DNA of 64,000 bases from Acidobacteriota bacterium (GTDB lineage Bacteria; Acidobacteriota; Vicinamibacteria; Vicinamibacterales; UBA2999). The position numbers and the translations under genes are program-made. Location: contig JACQZV010000005.1 of assembly GCA_016213695.1 (NCBI GenBank), positions 9,775-73,774 on the forward strand. The letters run 5' to 3'. Position 1 is the first letter of the stretch. Each line of letters opens with the position of its first letter. The notes beneath the pieces are model-generated. The model was not told where the DNA came from, did no database searches, and was given only the letters and a program-made list of their open reading frames with translations. Below are positions 8,581 through 16,683 of the stretch, piece after piece.

Positions 8581-10053
8581 ATGACGCGGCGGGTCGTGGT
8601 GTCGCTCTGGCTGGGGTTCGCCCTGGCGGCGATCTTTTTCTACCCGCTCGCGGTCGCTCTCGACGCCGACAGCTATTACCTGCAATGGCAGCGGCGCGAT
8701 ACCGCCGAAACGGCGGTGGCGCTCGTCGGCCTCGCGGCGGTGTATGCCGCGGTCGTGTTCGTCGTCTGGCGGCGGCAGACGCGTGCCGCCGCGCTGGCGC
8801 TCGCGTGCGCGGCGGTCTTTCCCGTGGCGTCGCTGCTCGCCGGAGTGGCCCGGCAGCTGCCCTACAACGACGAGCTGCGTGTCGCGTGGGAGGGGCGTCT
8901 GGTGCGCCTGTCGGTGCCCGCGGTGGTGGTCGCCGTCCTGGTGCTCGGATTCACGCGCTATCCGCAGGCGTTCGGCCGGTGGGTGCGCCGCGGGCTGATC
9001 CTGGTGTCGCCCGTCTCCCTCGTCGTGGTGAGCACGCTGGTGACGTCGGCCTCGCGCGCGTCGTCGGTGCGTGAGTTCGAGCACCCGTCCGCCGGCGCGG
9101 ACGCGCCGGCGTCGTGCGCGCCCGTCGTGGCGCTGCTGTTCGACGAGCTCTCGTATGCGTACCTGTACGGTGACGACGGGAACGTCAGGTCCGACTTGCG
9201 GGAGTTTGCGCGATTCAGCGCGGTGGCGACCAACTACCGCTCCGTCGTGGCGCCGGCCAAGGAAACGCTCATCGCCGTGCCCTCGTTGCTGGCGGCGCGC
9301 CGCGTCCAGGATATCCGCGCCGACAACGCCGGCCTGATGGAAGTCGTCAATGGACGGCTGACCCCGTTCAGCGCCGTCGCTGCCGATGGGCTCTTTCCGA
9401 CCGCGCGGCGTCTCGGTTTCCGGACCGAGATGGCGGGCTACTACCTCGCGTACTGCGACCTGCTCGACACCGTGCTGGACGCGTGCCGTTCCCTGAGCTT
9501 CTATAACGTCTCGTCGGCGCGCGCGGAATTCTCTCCGCTCGATCCGGTGCTGACGACGCTGGTGCTGTGGCCGAGACAGTTCCCCTTCGGGCTGCTGAAG
9601 ATCCCGCCGTTTGCGGTCCACCAGCGGGACCTGGTCGAGACGCTCGCCTCGTTTGCGAAGCGGCCGCTGCCGCCGGATCGGCCGGTGTTCCGGCTGGTGC
9701 ACTTCAGCGTGCCGCATCTGCCGTTTGTCTTCGACGCCGGTGGCTACGATCCGCCGTTCGACTCGCTGCGGACGTCGCCCGATGCGGGGTACGTCAATCA
9801 GGTCCGCTACGTCGACCGGCTGTTCGGGGAGCTGCTCGGCGAGCTGCGGCGCACCGGCGGCTTCGAGGATACGACCGTGGTCGTCTTTGCCGATCACGGG
9901 TTCCGGTTCGGCGGCCGCGAGCGCGATCCCCTGCACGTGCCGTTCATCGTGAAGGCGGCGGGGCAGCGGGACGGCGTTGACGTCATGGCGCCGCGTGCGG
10001 GGGAGGATCTGCTGAAGCAGGTTCTTCAACAGGCGTGCAGATCTCCGGGATGA
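8581..10053 (+). CDS. Membrane-anchored alkaline-phosphatase/sulfatase-superfamily protein
   Basis: The N-terminal ~150 aa contains several TM segments. The C-terminal domain has sulfatase-like motifs HFSVPHLPF and VVVFADHGF. Confidence 0.6.
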   Translation: MTRRVVVSLWLGFALAAIFFYPLAVALDADSYYLQWQRRDTAETAVALVGLAAVYAAVVFVVWRRQTRAAALALACAAVFPVASLLAGVARQLPYNDELRVAWEGRLVRLSVPAVVVAVLVLGFTRYPQAFGRWVRRGLILVSPVSLVVVSTLVTSASRASSVREFEHPSAGADAPASCAPVVALLFDELSYAYLYGDDGNVRSDLREFARFSAVATNYRSVVAPAKETLIAVPSLLAARRVQDIRADNAGLMEVVNGRLTPFSAVAADGLFPTARRLGFRTEMAGYYLAYCDLLDTVLDACRSLSFYNVSSARAEFSPLDPVLTTLVLWPRQFPFGLLKIPPFAVHQRDLVETLASFAKRPLPPDRPVFRLVHFSVPHLPFVFDAGGYDPPFDSLRTSPDAGYVNQVRYVDRLFGELLGELRRTGGFEDTTVVVFADHGFRFGGRERDPLHVPFIVKAAGQRDGVDVMAPRAGEDLLKQVLQQACRSPG

Positions 10054-10056
10054 TTC

Positions 10057-11145
10057 GTGAAGATCACCTCGCGCGCCGTTGCGGAGAGCGCCCTCCTGGT
10101 GCTGGCGCTGCTGGCGGCGTGGGCGCCGCCGGCTCCCGCAGCCATCGAAGGCTGGTTTGCGACGGGGATCTATCCGGCTATCCAGCGCTCGCTGACGCCG
10201 CTGTCGAACCGCCTGCCGTTTGCGCTGATCGATCTGCTCGGCGCGGTGGCGGTCGGCCTCGCGGGCATGATGCTCGCGCGCGCCGCCGTCGGGTCGATCC
10301 GAACGCGGAAGCCGTGGCCGGCGCTGCAGGCAGTGGCACACCTGGCGGGCGCCGCGGCGGTGACGTACCTCGTATTCCTGCTGCTCTGGGGCCTTAACTA
10401 CCGGCGGGTGCCGATGACAGAGCGGCTCGTGCTGTCCGCAGGGTCGCCGTCCTCTGACGCGGTCGTGCAGCTCGGGCTGCAGGCGGCGGCGCAGCTCAAC
10501 GCCCTTCACGCGGCCGCGCATCGGTCGGGCTGGCGGGAGCCGCCGTGGGAGGACGGCGCGCTCCGGCGCGCATTCGGCGAGGTGCAGCAGTTCCTCAGCG
10601 ATGCGGCGCCGGCGGCGCCCGGCCGGCTCAAGCGCTCCGCGCTCGGCTATTACTTCCGGTGGACGGGGGTCGACGGCATGATCAACCCCTTCGGCCTCGA
10701 GGTGCTGGTCAACCCGGATCTGCTGCCGCTTGAACGGCCGTTCGTGGCCGCCCACGAGTGGGCCCATCTGGCAGGGTACGCCGACGAATCGGAAGCGAGC
10801 TTCGTGGGGTGGTTGACATGCGTGCGAGCCAGTTCCCCCTCGCAGTACAGCGGGTGGCTCGCGCTGTACTGGCAGGTGAGCGGCGAAATCGGCGTGGAGG
10901 ATCGCGCGCGCGTGGCGGGTGCACTCGCTGGCGGCCCGCGCGCCGACGTCGACGCGATCGCCGCGCGCATCCGGCGCGGAGAGTGGCCGTGGCTGCGAGA
11001 CGCAGGCTGGCGCATCTACGACGACTACCTGAAGGCCAACCGGGTGCAGGAAGGCGTCCGCAGTTATGGCGCCGTCATCACATTGATCCTGCGTGCCCGA
11101 TTCGAGGAGGGGTGGGTTCCCGTCCGGCGCCGGGCCGGCCGATAG
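10057..11145 (+). CDS. DUF3810-like putative zinc-dependent membrane protein
   Basis: TM-rich N-terminus and HExxH-type motif AAHEWAHLAGYADESEASF. The family name is recalled from memory, not searched. Confidence 0.6.
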   Translation: MKITSRAVAESALLVLALLAAWAPPAPAAIEGWFATGIYPAIQRSLTPLSNRLPFALIDLLGAVAVGLAGMMLARAAVGSIRTRKPWPALQAVAHLAGAAAVTYLVFLLLWGLNYRRVPMTERLVLSAGSPSSDAVVQLGLQAAAQLNALHAAAHRSGWREPPWEDGALRRAFGEVQQFLSDAAPAAPGRLKRSALGYYFRWTGVDGMINPFGLEVLVNPDLLPLERPFVAAHEWAHLAGYADESEASFVGWLTCVRASSPSQYSGWLALYWQVSGEIGVEDRARVAGALAGGPRADVDAIAARIRRGEWPWLRDAGWRIYDDYLKANRVQEGVRSYGAVITLILRARFEEGWVPVRRRAGR

Positions 11146-11167
11146 GCGATCGTCGGGCGCCCGGGCG

Positions 11168-12196
11168 TCACATCGTGCGCGCGGCGGCCCGTCGCAGCCG
11201 ATCGCGCAGCGCCCGCCACAGCCCGTCGTCGCGCGGAAAGTCGCGTACGAGGATGACATCGAGCTGCGCGGCGTCGAGTTCCCGTAGCGCCGCATACAGA
11301 CGAGCGGCGACGCCGCGCGCGTCGTGCCCGGAGCCGAGGTCGGCGACGGCCGTCGGGGTGTGCCCGAGGGCGGCCGCGTCTTCGCTCGTGGCCAGTACGC
11401 CGACGCGCCGCCCTTCTGCCATCGTACGGGACACGACCTCCGCAAACGAGGCGGCGTCGCCGCGACAGAGCGTCAGCGGCGTGCGCGGCGAGTAGTGCTG
11501 TGGCAGCAGCCCTGGCGACGGCATCGCGCCGCCGGCGGCGGCGGGCGGGGTGGCCTGCACCCGCGGCACGACCCGACGAAGGCTCTCGAGATCGATGGCG
11601 CCGAACCGGAGCACCACCGGCGGATCCACGGTGAGGTCGAGCACCGTGGATTCGACGCCGACCGGCGTCGGCCCGGCGTCGAGCACGAGGTCAATGCGCC
11701 CGCGGAGGTCGTCGAGTACGTGCTCGGCCCGCGTCGGGCTCGGCCGCGAGAAGAGGTTCGCGCTCGGCGCGGCGACCGGCAGCCGCGCCGCGGCGAGCAG
11801 CGCCTGCGCGACCGGATGCGCCGGCACGCGGATGGCGACCGTATCGAGGCCCGCGGTGACTTCCGCCGGGACCACGGCGGCGCGGCGCATCACGAGGGTG
11901 AGCGGTCCGGGCCAGAATTGCCGGGCGAGTAGAGCGGCGACCGCGGGCATCCCGGTTGTGAGGGCGGCGGCCTCGTCCAGTCCCGCGACGTGAACGATGA
12001 GGGGGTCTGTGGACGGCCGGCCTTTGGCGTCGAACAGGCGCCGCACGGCCGTGGGATCGAGCGCGTGGGCCCCGAGGCCGTAGACCGTTTCGGTGGGGAA
12101 GGCCACGAGGCCGCCGCGGCGCAGGCACGCGGCCGCCCGCAATATCGCCGCGGGTTCGGGATGAGTTCGATCGACTCGAACGACAGCGGTCATCAT
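11168..12196 (-). CDS. sua5: L-threonylcarbamoyladenylate synthase, Sua5/YwlC two-domain type
   Basis: YrdC-domain signature LRRGGLVAFPTETVYGLGAHALD plus a C-terminal Sua5 domain. Start chosen at the ATGATG at 12196/12193; the 431-aa ORF-track version adds an Arg/Ala-rich extension. Confidence 0.85.
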   Translation of the reverse strand: MMTAVVRVDRTHPEPAAILRAAACLRRGGLVAFPTETVYGLGAHALDPTAVRRLFDAKGRPSTDPLIVHVAGLDEAAALTTGMPAVAALLARQFWPGPLTLVMRRAAVVPAEVTAGLDTVAIRVPAHPVAQALLAAARLPVAAPSANLFSRPSPTRAEHVLDDLRGRIDLVLDAGPTPVGVESTVLDLTVDPPVVLRFGAIDLESLRRVVPRVQATPPAAAGGAMPSPGLLPQHYSPRTPLTLCRGDAASFAEVVSRTMAEGRRVGVLATSEDAAALGHTPTAVADLGSGHDARGVAARLYAALRELDAAQLDVILVRDFPRDDGLWRALRDRLRRAAARTM

Positions 12197-12216
12197 CGGT
12201 AGGGTATCCTGTCGTC

Positions 12217-12780
12217 GTGCAGCTGGGGCTTCCATTCGACGGAGCGCCAGAATCCTCACCGATCCAGTTCCACTTCGTGCGGCACCGGCGCGCGCGCCGG
12301 TACGTACTGCGCGTGGAGCACGATGGGCGCGTGCGCGTGACGATTCCGCGCGGGGGGTCGCGGCGGGAGGCGGTCGCGTTCGGGCTGCGGCATCTGGAGT
12401 GGATCGCAGAGCAGCGGGCCGGGATCCAGGTGGCCAGGTTCGGGCCCGAGCAGCGGCGCGCACTCCGCGCGCGCGCCGCGGTCGAGCTGCCGGGGCGTCT
12501 CGTCGAGCTGGCGGCGCGCCATCAACTGGCGGTGCGGCGCGTCAGCGTCCGGGATCAACGCTCGCGCTGGGGATCCTGCGGCCCGGACGGTCACATCTGC
12601 CTGAATTGGCGGCTCGTCCTGATGCCGCCGTGGGTGCGCGACTACGTCATCCTCCATGAGCTGATGCATCTGAGGCGATTGAACCATTCGCGGCAGTATT
12701 GGAAGCTCGTCGCGGAAGTCTGCCCGGGGTACGAAACGGCTCGGCAGTGGCTTCGGGAACACGGACCCTCACTGAGATGA
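12217..12780 (+). CDS. YgjP-like (DUF45/M48-related) metal-dependent hydrolase
   Basis: C-terminal HExxH motif VILHELMHLRRLNHSRQYWKLV, with length and layout typical of YgjP-like proteins. Confidence 0.78.
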   Translation: MQLGLPFDGAPESSPIQFHFVRHRRARRYVLRVEHDGRVRVTIPRGGSRREAVAFGLRHLEWIAEQRAGIQVARFGPEQRRALRARAAVELPGRLVELAARHQLAVRRVSVRDQRSRWGSCGPDGHICLNWRLVLMPPWVRDYVILHELMHLRRLNHSRQYWKLVAEVCPGYETARQWLREHGPSLR

Positions 12781-12906
12781 AATGCTCAAGAATGGACCAA
12801 GTTTGGTGCGGCATGTGCCGTATTCGCACACATCTCCGTGCGACTTGGGACCCTCGCGTGCCGCTTCCGCCCGTATGAATACTTCGGCCGATAGACATTA
12901 AGTCTA

Positions 12907-12925
12907 GTTAAATCAATTATTTAAC
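12907..12925. promoter_or_regulatory. Perfect 7-bp inverted repeat (candidate operator) in an AT-rich intergenic region
   Basis: GTTAAAT-caatt-ATTTAAC lies in the conspicuously AT-rich 12781-12993 spacer upstream of the regulator pair. Confidence 0.35.
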
Positions 12926-12993
12926 GTCACGTTCTGGATATCCAGTGGTGCGCGCGGCAGAACTGGAGACGCTCTTGCCAGAACCTTGGCATC

Positions 12994-13434
12994 ATGCCCC
13001 AAGAAAGCCCGCGTATTTTTGTCGTCGATGACGACCGCGCCGTGCTGTCACTGGTAGGAACGAGTGTCAGCTGTCTCGAGGTGCTGCGAGCGCTTCGGAG
13101 CGCCAGGCCGACATGCGAGGCTGTCCTGACGACCGGCTACCAGAGCGTCGATGCAGCCGTTGAGGCGCTCAGGCAGAGCCTCGGGTGCCCGGACACCCCT
13201 GCGCTGCCGCCTCCGTCGTCCACGGTGGTGCCGGCGCCGCTCGTCGAGGTCGAGCGCGATCACATCCTCCGCACGCTGGAGGTGGTGCATGGGAACAAGG
13301 CGGTGGCGGCGCGGCTCCTGGGCATGAGCCGGCGCGCGCTCTACCGGCTGCTCGAGCGGCACGGGTTGCACCACCGTGTGCAGGCGCCGCGGCATTCCCT
13401 TGTGCCGCAGGCTGTTTCGGATCGCGTGACGTGA
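12994..13434 (+). CDS. Truncated NtrC/Fis-type regulator: partial receiver plus Fis-family HTH, no AAA+ domain (possible gene remnant)
   Basis: The N-terminus RIFVVDDDRAVL and VLTTGYQSVDAAVEALRQ resemble receiver beta1 and beta4/alpha4, but the segment that should carry the phospho-acceptor Asp is missing. The C-terminus ERDHILRTLEVVHGNKAVAARLLGMSRRALYRLLERHGL is a Fis-type HTH. The stop overlaps the next gene's start (GTGA). Confidence 0.55.
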   Translation: MPQESPRIFVVDDDRAVLSLVGTSVSCLEVLRALRSARPTCEAVLTTGYQSVDAAVEALRQSLGCPDTPALPPPSSTVVPAPLVEVERDHILRTLEVVHGNKAVAARLLGMSRRALYRLLERHGLHHRVQAPRHSLVPQAVSDRVT

Positions 13435-14411
13435 CGCAGACGACATCACAGCCGACGCCGCGGGCCCGTGTGCTCGTTGCCGACGACACCGAGAGTATCC
13501 GCGCACTCTTCGAAAAGCTCCTGACGGGCGAGGGGTACCACGTCACCAGTGTGGTGGACGGAGTGGCGGCCCTCGAGGCTGTACGTACGGAGCCGCCCGA
13601 CGTGATTCTCATGGACGTCGGCATGCCGGGAATCGATGGCATCGAGGTATGCCGTCGCCTGAAGGCCGATCCCGCGACGCGCCTGACGCCGGTCGTGCTC
13701 GTGACCGGATTGTCGGAGCTGCCGGATCGCATCAGAGGGATCGAGGCGGGCGCGGACGACTTTCTGACCAAGCCGGTTCACCCTCACGAGCTGCGGGCGC
13801 GCGTGGCCGCGCTGCTCCGCATGAAACAGCTCACCGACGCACTCGACTCGGCGGAGGCGGCGTTTGTGGCGCTGGCGTTGACGATCGAGGCGCGCGACCC
13901 GACGACGAAGGGGCACTGCGAGCGCCTGTCCCACCGCGCCAGGCTGCTCGGTGAGGTGCTCGGGCTTCCGCCGACCGATCTGGACGCCCTGGACCGCGGC
14001 GGCTACCTGCACGATCTTGGGAAGGTGGGTGTGCCTGATTCCGTGCTGCTCAAACCCGGTCCGCTGAGCGATGGGGAGTTTGCGCTGATGAAGCGGCATG
14101 CCGAAATCGGGGATGCGCTGTGTGCGCCGCTGCATTCGCTGCGGCACGTGCGGCCGATCGTCCGGCATCATCACGAACGGCTCGACGGCAGCGGCTATCC
14201 CGATGGGTTGCGGGGCGACCAGGTACCGCTGCTGGCGCAGATTGTCGCCGTCGTCGACGTGTACGATGCGATGACGTCGGCGCGGCCGTATCGCGCGGCG
14301 CTGCCGGCCGACGCCGCGGTGCGTCACCTGCTGCGCGAGGTCGAACAGCACCGGTTCTCCGGAGTGCATGTCGAAGCGTTTCTCGACGCGCGGGTGCCTT
14401 CGGCCTTGTGA
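13431..14411 (+). CDS. Response regulator with HD-GYP (c-di-GMP phosphodiesterase-type) output domain
   Basis: The receiver is VLVADDTESIR..DVILMDVGMPGIDG..TKP. The HD-GYP domain has HCERLS, YLHDLGKVGVP and HHERLDGSGYPDGL. GTG start at 13431. Confidence 0.85.
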   Translation: MTQTTSQPTPRARVLVADDTESIRALFEKLLTGEGYHVTSVVDGVAALEAVRTEPPDVILMDVGMPGIDGIEVCRRLKADPATRLTPVVLVTGLSELPDRIRGIEAGADDFLTKPVHPHELRARVAALLRMKQLTDALDSAEAAFVALALTIEARDPTTKGHCERLSHRARLLGEVLGLPPTDLDALDRGGYLHDLGKVGVPDSVLLKPGPLSDGEFALMKRHAEIGDALCAPLHSLRHVRPIVRHHHERLDGSGYPDGLRGDQVPLLAQIVAVVDVYDAMTSARPYRAALPADAAVRHLLREVEQHRFSGVHVEAFLDARVPSAL

Positions 14412-14445
14412 CTTGTGCCTTGTGCCTTGGGCCTTGGGCCTTGAA
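14404..14445. repeat. Tandem heptanucleotide array (CCTTGTG-like, 6 units)
   Basis: CCTTGTG ACTTGTG CCTTGTG CCTTGGG CCTTGGG CCTTGAA fills the junction between the convergent HD-GYP gene (stop 14409-14411) and moaA (stop 14446-14448). Confidence 0.85.
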
Positions 14446-15462
14446 TTACCCTCCTCGCGTGTGCATTTCGAGGTGCGGGTCGCGGCGGAGCGTGTCGAGG
14501 GGGATGAGCGGGGCGCGGTCGCGCGTCGTGAGCCGGTCTTCGGCGCCGCGGTCGCGGCGCGCGGTCCAGGCGGACCGAATCAGTCCGGCGAGTTCCGGCG
14601 CCGGCGTGCCGGCGCGGAGCGGGCCGCGCAGGTCGAGGCCGCGCGTGGCATAGAGGCAGAGGTACCACAGACCGTCGGCCGTGAGACGGCTGCGGTCGCA
14701 CTGCTGGCAGAACGGCCGCGTGGTTGACGAGATGATGCCGAACGCTGTTCCGTCGGGGAGCTGAAAGCGCTCGGCTGGCGCCGACGACGCTTCCGCGATG
14801 GGAGCGATCGGGCCGTACCGGCGCTCGAGCGAGTCGAGCATGTCCCTGCAGGACACGACGCGGTCCATCGACCAGTGCGTCGCGCCACCCACATCCATGT
14901 ATTCGATGAAGCGCACTTCGGCACGATAGCGGCGGCCGAATTCGACGAGGTCCGCCAGTTCGTCGTCGTTGACGCCGCGGATGACCACGGTGTCGATCTT
15001 CAGCCCGCCGAAAAGCGGCGCGGCGGCGGCGATGCCATCGAGCACGCGCGGAAGCTCGGCGGTCCGGGTGAGTCCCTCGAAGCGTTCCGGCCGCAGCGTG
15101 TCGAGGCTGACAGTGACGCGGTGCAGGCCGGCCTGCGCGAGTTCGGCGGCGTGCTGCGCCAGCAGGACACCGTTGGTCGTCATCGCGAGATCGCGGACGC
15201 CCGGGCGCGCGGCGAGCGCCGCGACAAGCAGCGGGAGGTCGCGGCGCAGCAGCGGCTCGCCGCCGGTGAGGCGCACCTTGTCAACGCCGAGCTCGACGAA
15301 GATATCCACGAGGCGCTCGATCTCCTCGAACTGGAGGATGTCCGCCCGGGGCAGCCAGACGTACTCCGGCTCCGGCATGCAGTAGCTGCAGCGCAGGTTG
15401 CACCGGTCGGTGACCGATAGCCGGAGGTTGCGGAGCGGACGCTCGAACTGGTCGAGGATCAC
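14446..15462 (-). CDS. moaA: GTP 3',8-cyclase (molybdenum cofactor biosynthesis protein A)
   Basis: Radical-SAM motif LSVTDRCNLRCSYCMP, the C-terminal second cluster CQQCDRSRLTADG, and a conserved MoaA layout. Confidence 0.9.
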   Translation of the reverse strand: MILDQFERPLRNLRLSVTDRCNLRCSYCMPEPEYVWLPRADILQFEEIERLVDIFVELGVDKVRLTGGEPLLRRDLPLLVAALAARPGVRDLAMTTNGVLLAQHAAELAQAGLHRVTVSLDTLRPERFEGLTRTAELPRVLDGIAAAAPLFGGLKIDTVVIRGVNDDELADLVEFGRRYRAEVRFIEYMDVGGATHWSMDRVVSCRDMLDSLERRYGPIAPIAEASSAPAERFQLPDGTAFGIISSTTRPFCQQCDRSRLTADGLWYLCLYATRGLDLRGPLRAGTPAPELAGLIRSAWTARRDRGAEDRLTTRDRAPLIPLDTLRRDPHLEMHTRGG

Positions 15463-15475
15463 TTCGGCAATTATT

Positions 15476-16639
15476 TCAGATTACCGGCAGCCTCGTGCGG
15501 TCGTGCGGAAGAAAGGGGAGGGCGGTGCGCTGGCCCTGGAATGCGCGGCTCCAGCGTCCGGGAATCGGCGTGGAGCACTCCGGACACGCGCCGTCCTGTG
15601 TCAATCGGTATTCCTGGATCAGGTACCCGGAGCGCACGATGAGACGCGCGCCGCAGCGGTGGCACGCAGTCTGTTCGAGATCGCCGACGCGCCCCGGCAG
15701 GTTACCCGCGTAGACGTAGCGCAGGCCGGCGTCCCGTCCGATTCGGGCGGCGCGGCGCAGCATGTCGGCTGTCGTGTTCGCGGGACCGGTCAGCTTGTAA
15801 TCCTGATGGAACGCCGTGACGTGCCACGGCACGTCCACCGACACGCCGGCCAGGAACGCCGTCAGGCGCCGCAGCTCATCGTCGCCGTCGTTGAACCCGG
15901 GAACGAGCAGCGTGACAACCTCGATCCAGACGCCGCTCTGGTGGAGCCAGCGGATCGTGTCGAGAACCGGCTGCAGCCGGCCGCCGAGCTCGCGGTAGTG
16001 CCGGTCGTCGAAGCCTTTCAGATCCACTTTATAGAGGTCGATGTACGGGCGGAGGTACTCGAGGACGCGCGGCGTGCCGTTGCCGTTGGAGACGAAGCCG
16101 GTGACGAGACCCTCGGCGCGCGCGGCCTTGAAGATCTCGACCGCCCACTCGGCGGTGATGAGCGGCTCGTTGTACGTGGAGACGACGATCGTCGCGCCCT
16201 GACGGAGCGCATCCTGCACGAGCGCGGCAGGCGTCGTGTCGCGCGGCGCTGCAACGGCCTGCGGATCGCGCAGGGCCTGCGAGGTCACCCAGTTCTGGCA
16301 GTAGCTGCAATGGAGATCGCAGCCGAGCATGCCGAAGCTGTACGCGAGCGCGCCGGGGTATGCGTGGAAGAACGGCTTCTTCTCGACAGGGTCGCACTGC
16401 ACTCCGCCGACATAGCCCCACGGCACGCGCAGGCGCCCGCCCTGGTTGTACCGCACCTTGCACACGCCGCGGGCGCCGTCGGGGATGGGACACTGATGGC
16501 CGCACGCGTGGCAGCGCAGGCGGGGCGCGCCCGGAGTTCCGTCGAGGCGTTCGACGAGCTCGGGCGCCGCATCGCGGGTGCGGACGGCGAGCACGTCTTC
16601 GAGGGTGGCCATCTGATGCCATCGTACGACACGGGTCAA
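15476..16639 (-). CDS. AmmeMemoRadiSam-system-type radical SAM enzyme
   Basis: CxxxCxxC cluster GCDLHCSYCQNW and N-terminal Cys motif CHACGHQCPIPDGARGVC. The overall resemblance to the AmrS family is recalled, not searched. Confidence 0.75.
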   Translation of the reverse strand: MTRVVRWHQMATLEDVLAVRTRDAAPELVERLDGTPGAPRLRCHACGHQCPIPDGARGVCKVRYNQGGRLRVPWGYVGGVQCDPVEKKPFFHAYPGALAYSFGMLGCDLHCSYCQNWVTSQALRDPQAVAAPRDTTPAALVQDALRQGATIVVSTYNEPLITAEWAVEIFKAARAEGLVTGFVSNGNGTPRVLEYLRPYIDLYKVDLKGFDDRHYRELGGRLQPVLDTIRWLHQSGVWIEVVTLLVPGFNDGDDELRRLTAFLAGVSVDVPWHVTAFHQDYKLTGPANTTADMLRRAARIGRDAGLRYVYAGNLPGRVGDLEQTACHRCGARLIVRSGYLIQEYRLTQDGACPECSTPIPGRWSRAFQGQRTALPFLPHDRTRLPVI

Positions 16640-16683
16640 TGGCGGCCCACTCCCTCCGGTGTGGACTAAAATGAGAAGTTCTG

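Noticed and set aside
8440-11445. A 1001-aa ORF on the minus strand, the longest non-receptor ORF in the track.
   Set aside because: It is entirely antisense to three well-supported plus-strand genes (sulfatase-like, DUF3810-like and the small membrane protein). The product is extreme in Arg/Pro/Gly/His, with no motifs. This is the typical GC-driven shadow ORF.
11168-12463. A 431-aa version of the Sua5 gene with an 89-aa N-terminal extension.
   Set aside because: The extension is Ala/Arg/Pro-rich and runs antisense into the YgjP-like gene at 12217-12780. The YrdC/Sua5 homology begins right after the ATGATG at 12196.
12991-13005. A second sigma54-like TGGCAT motif (TTGGCATCATGCC) overlapping the ATG at 12994.
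   Set aside because: There is no TTGC element at the required +10 spacing, and the motif overlaps the start codon itself.
14404-14445. Possibility that the heptamer arrays (also at 26803 and 50208) are CRISPR-like arrays.
   Set aside because: The units are 7 bp and directly abutting, with no spacers, and no cas genes are present. They are microsatellite-like tandem repeats, not CRISPR.
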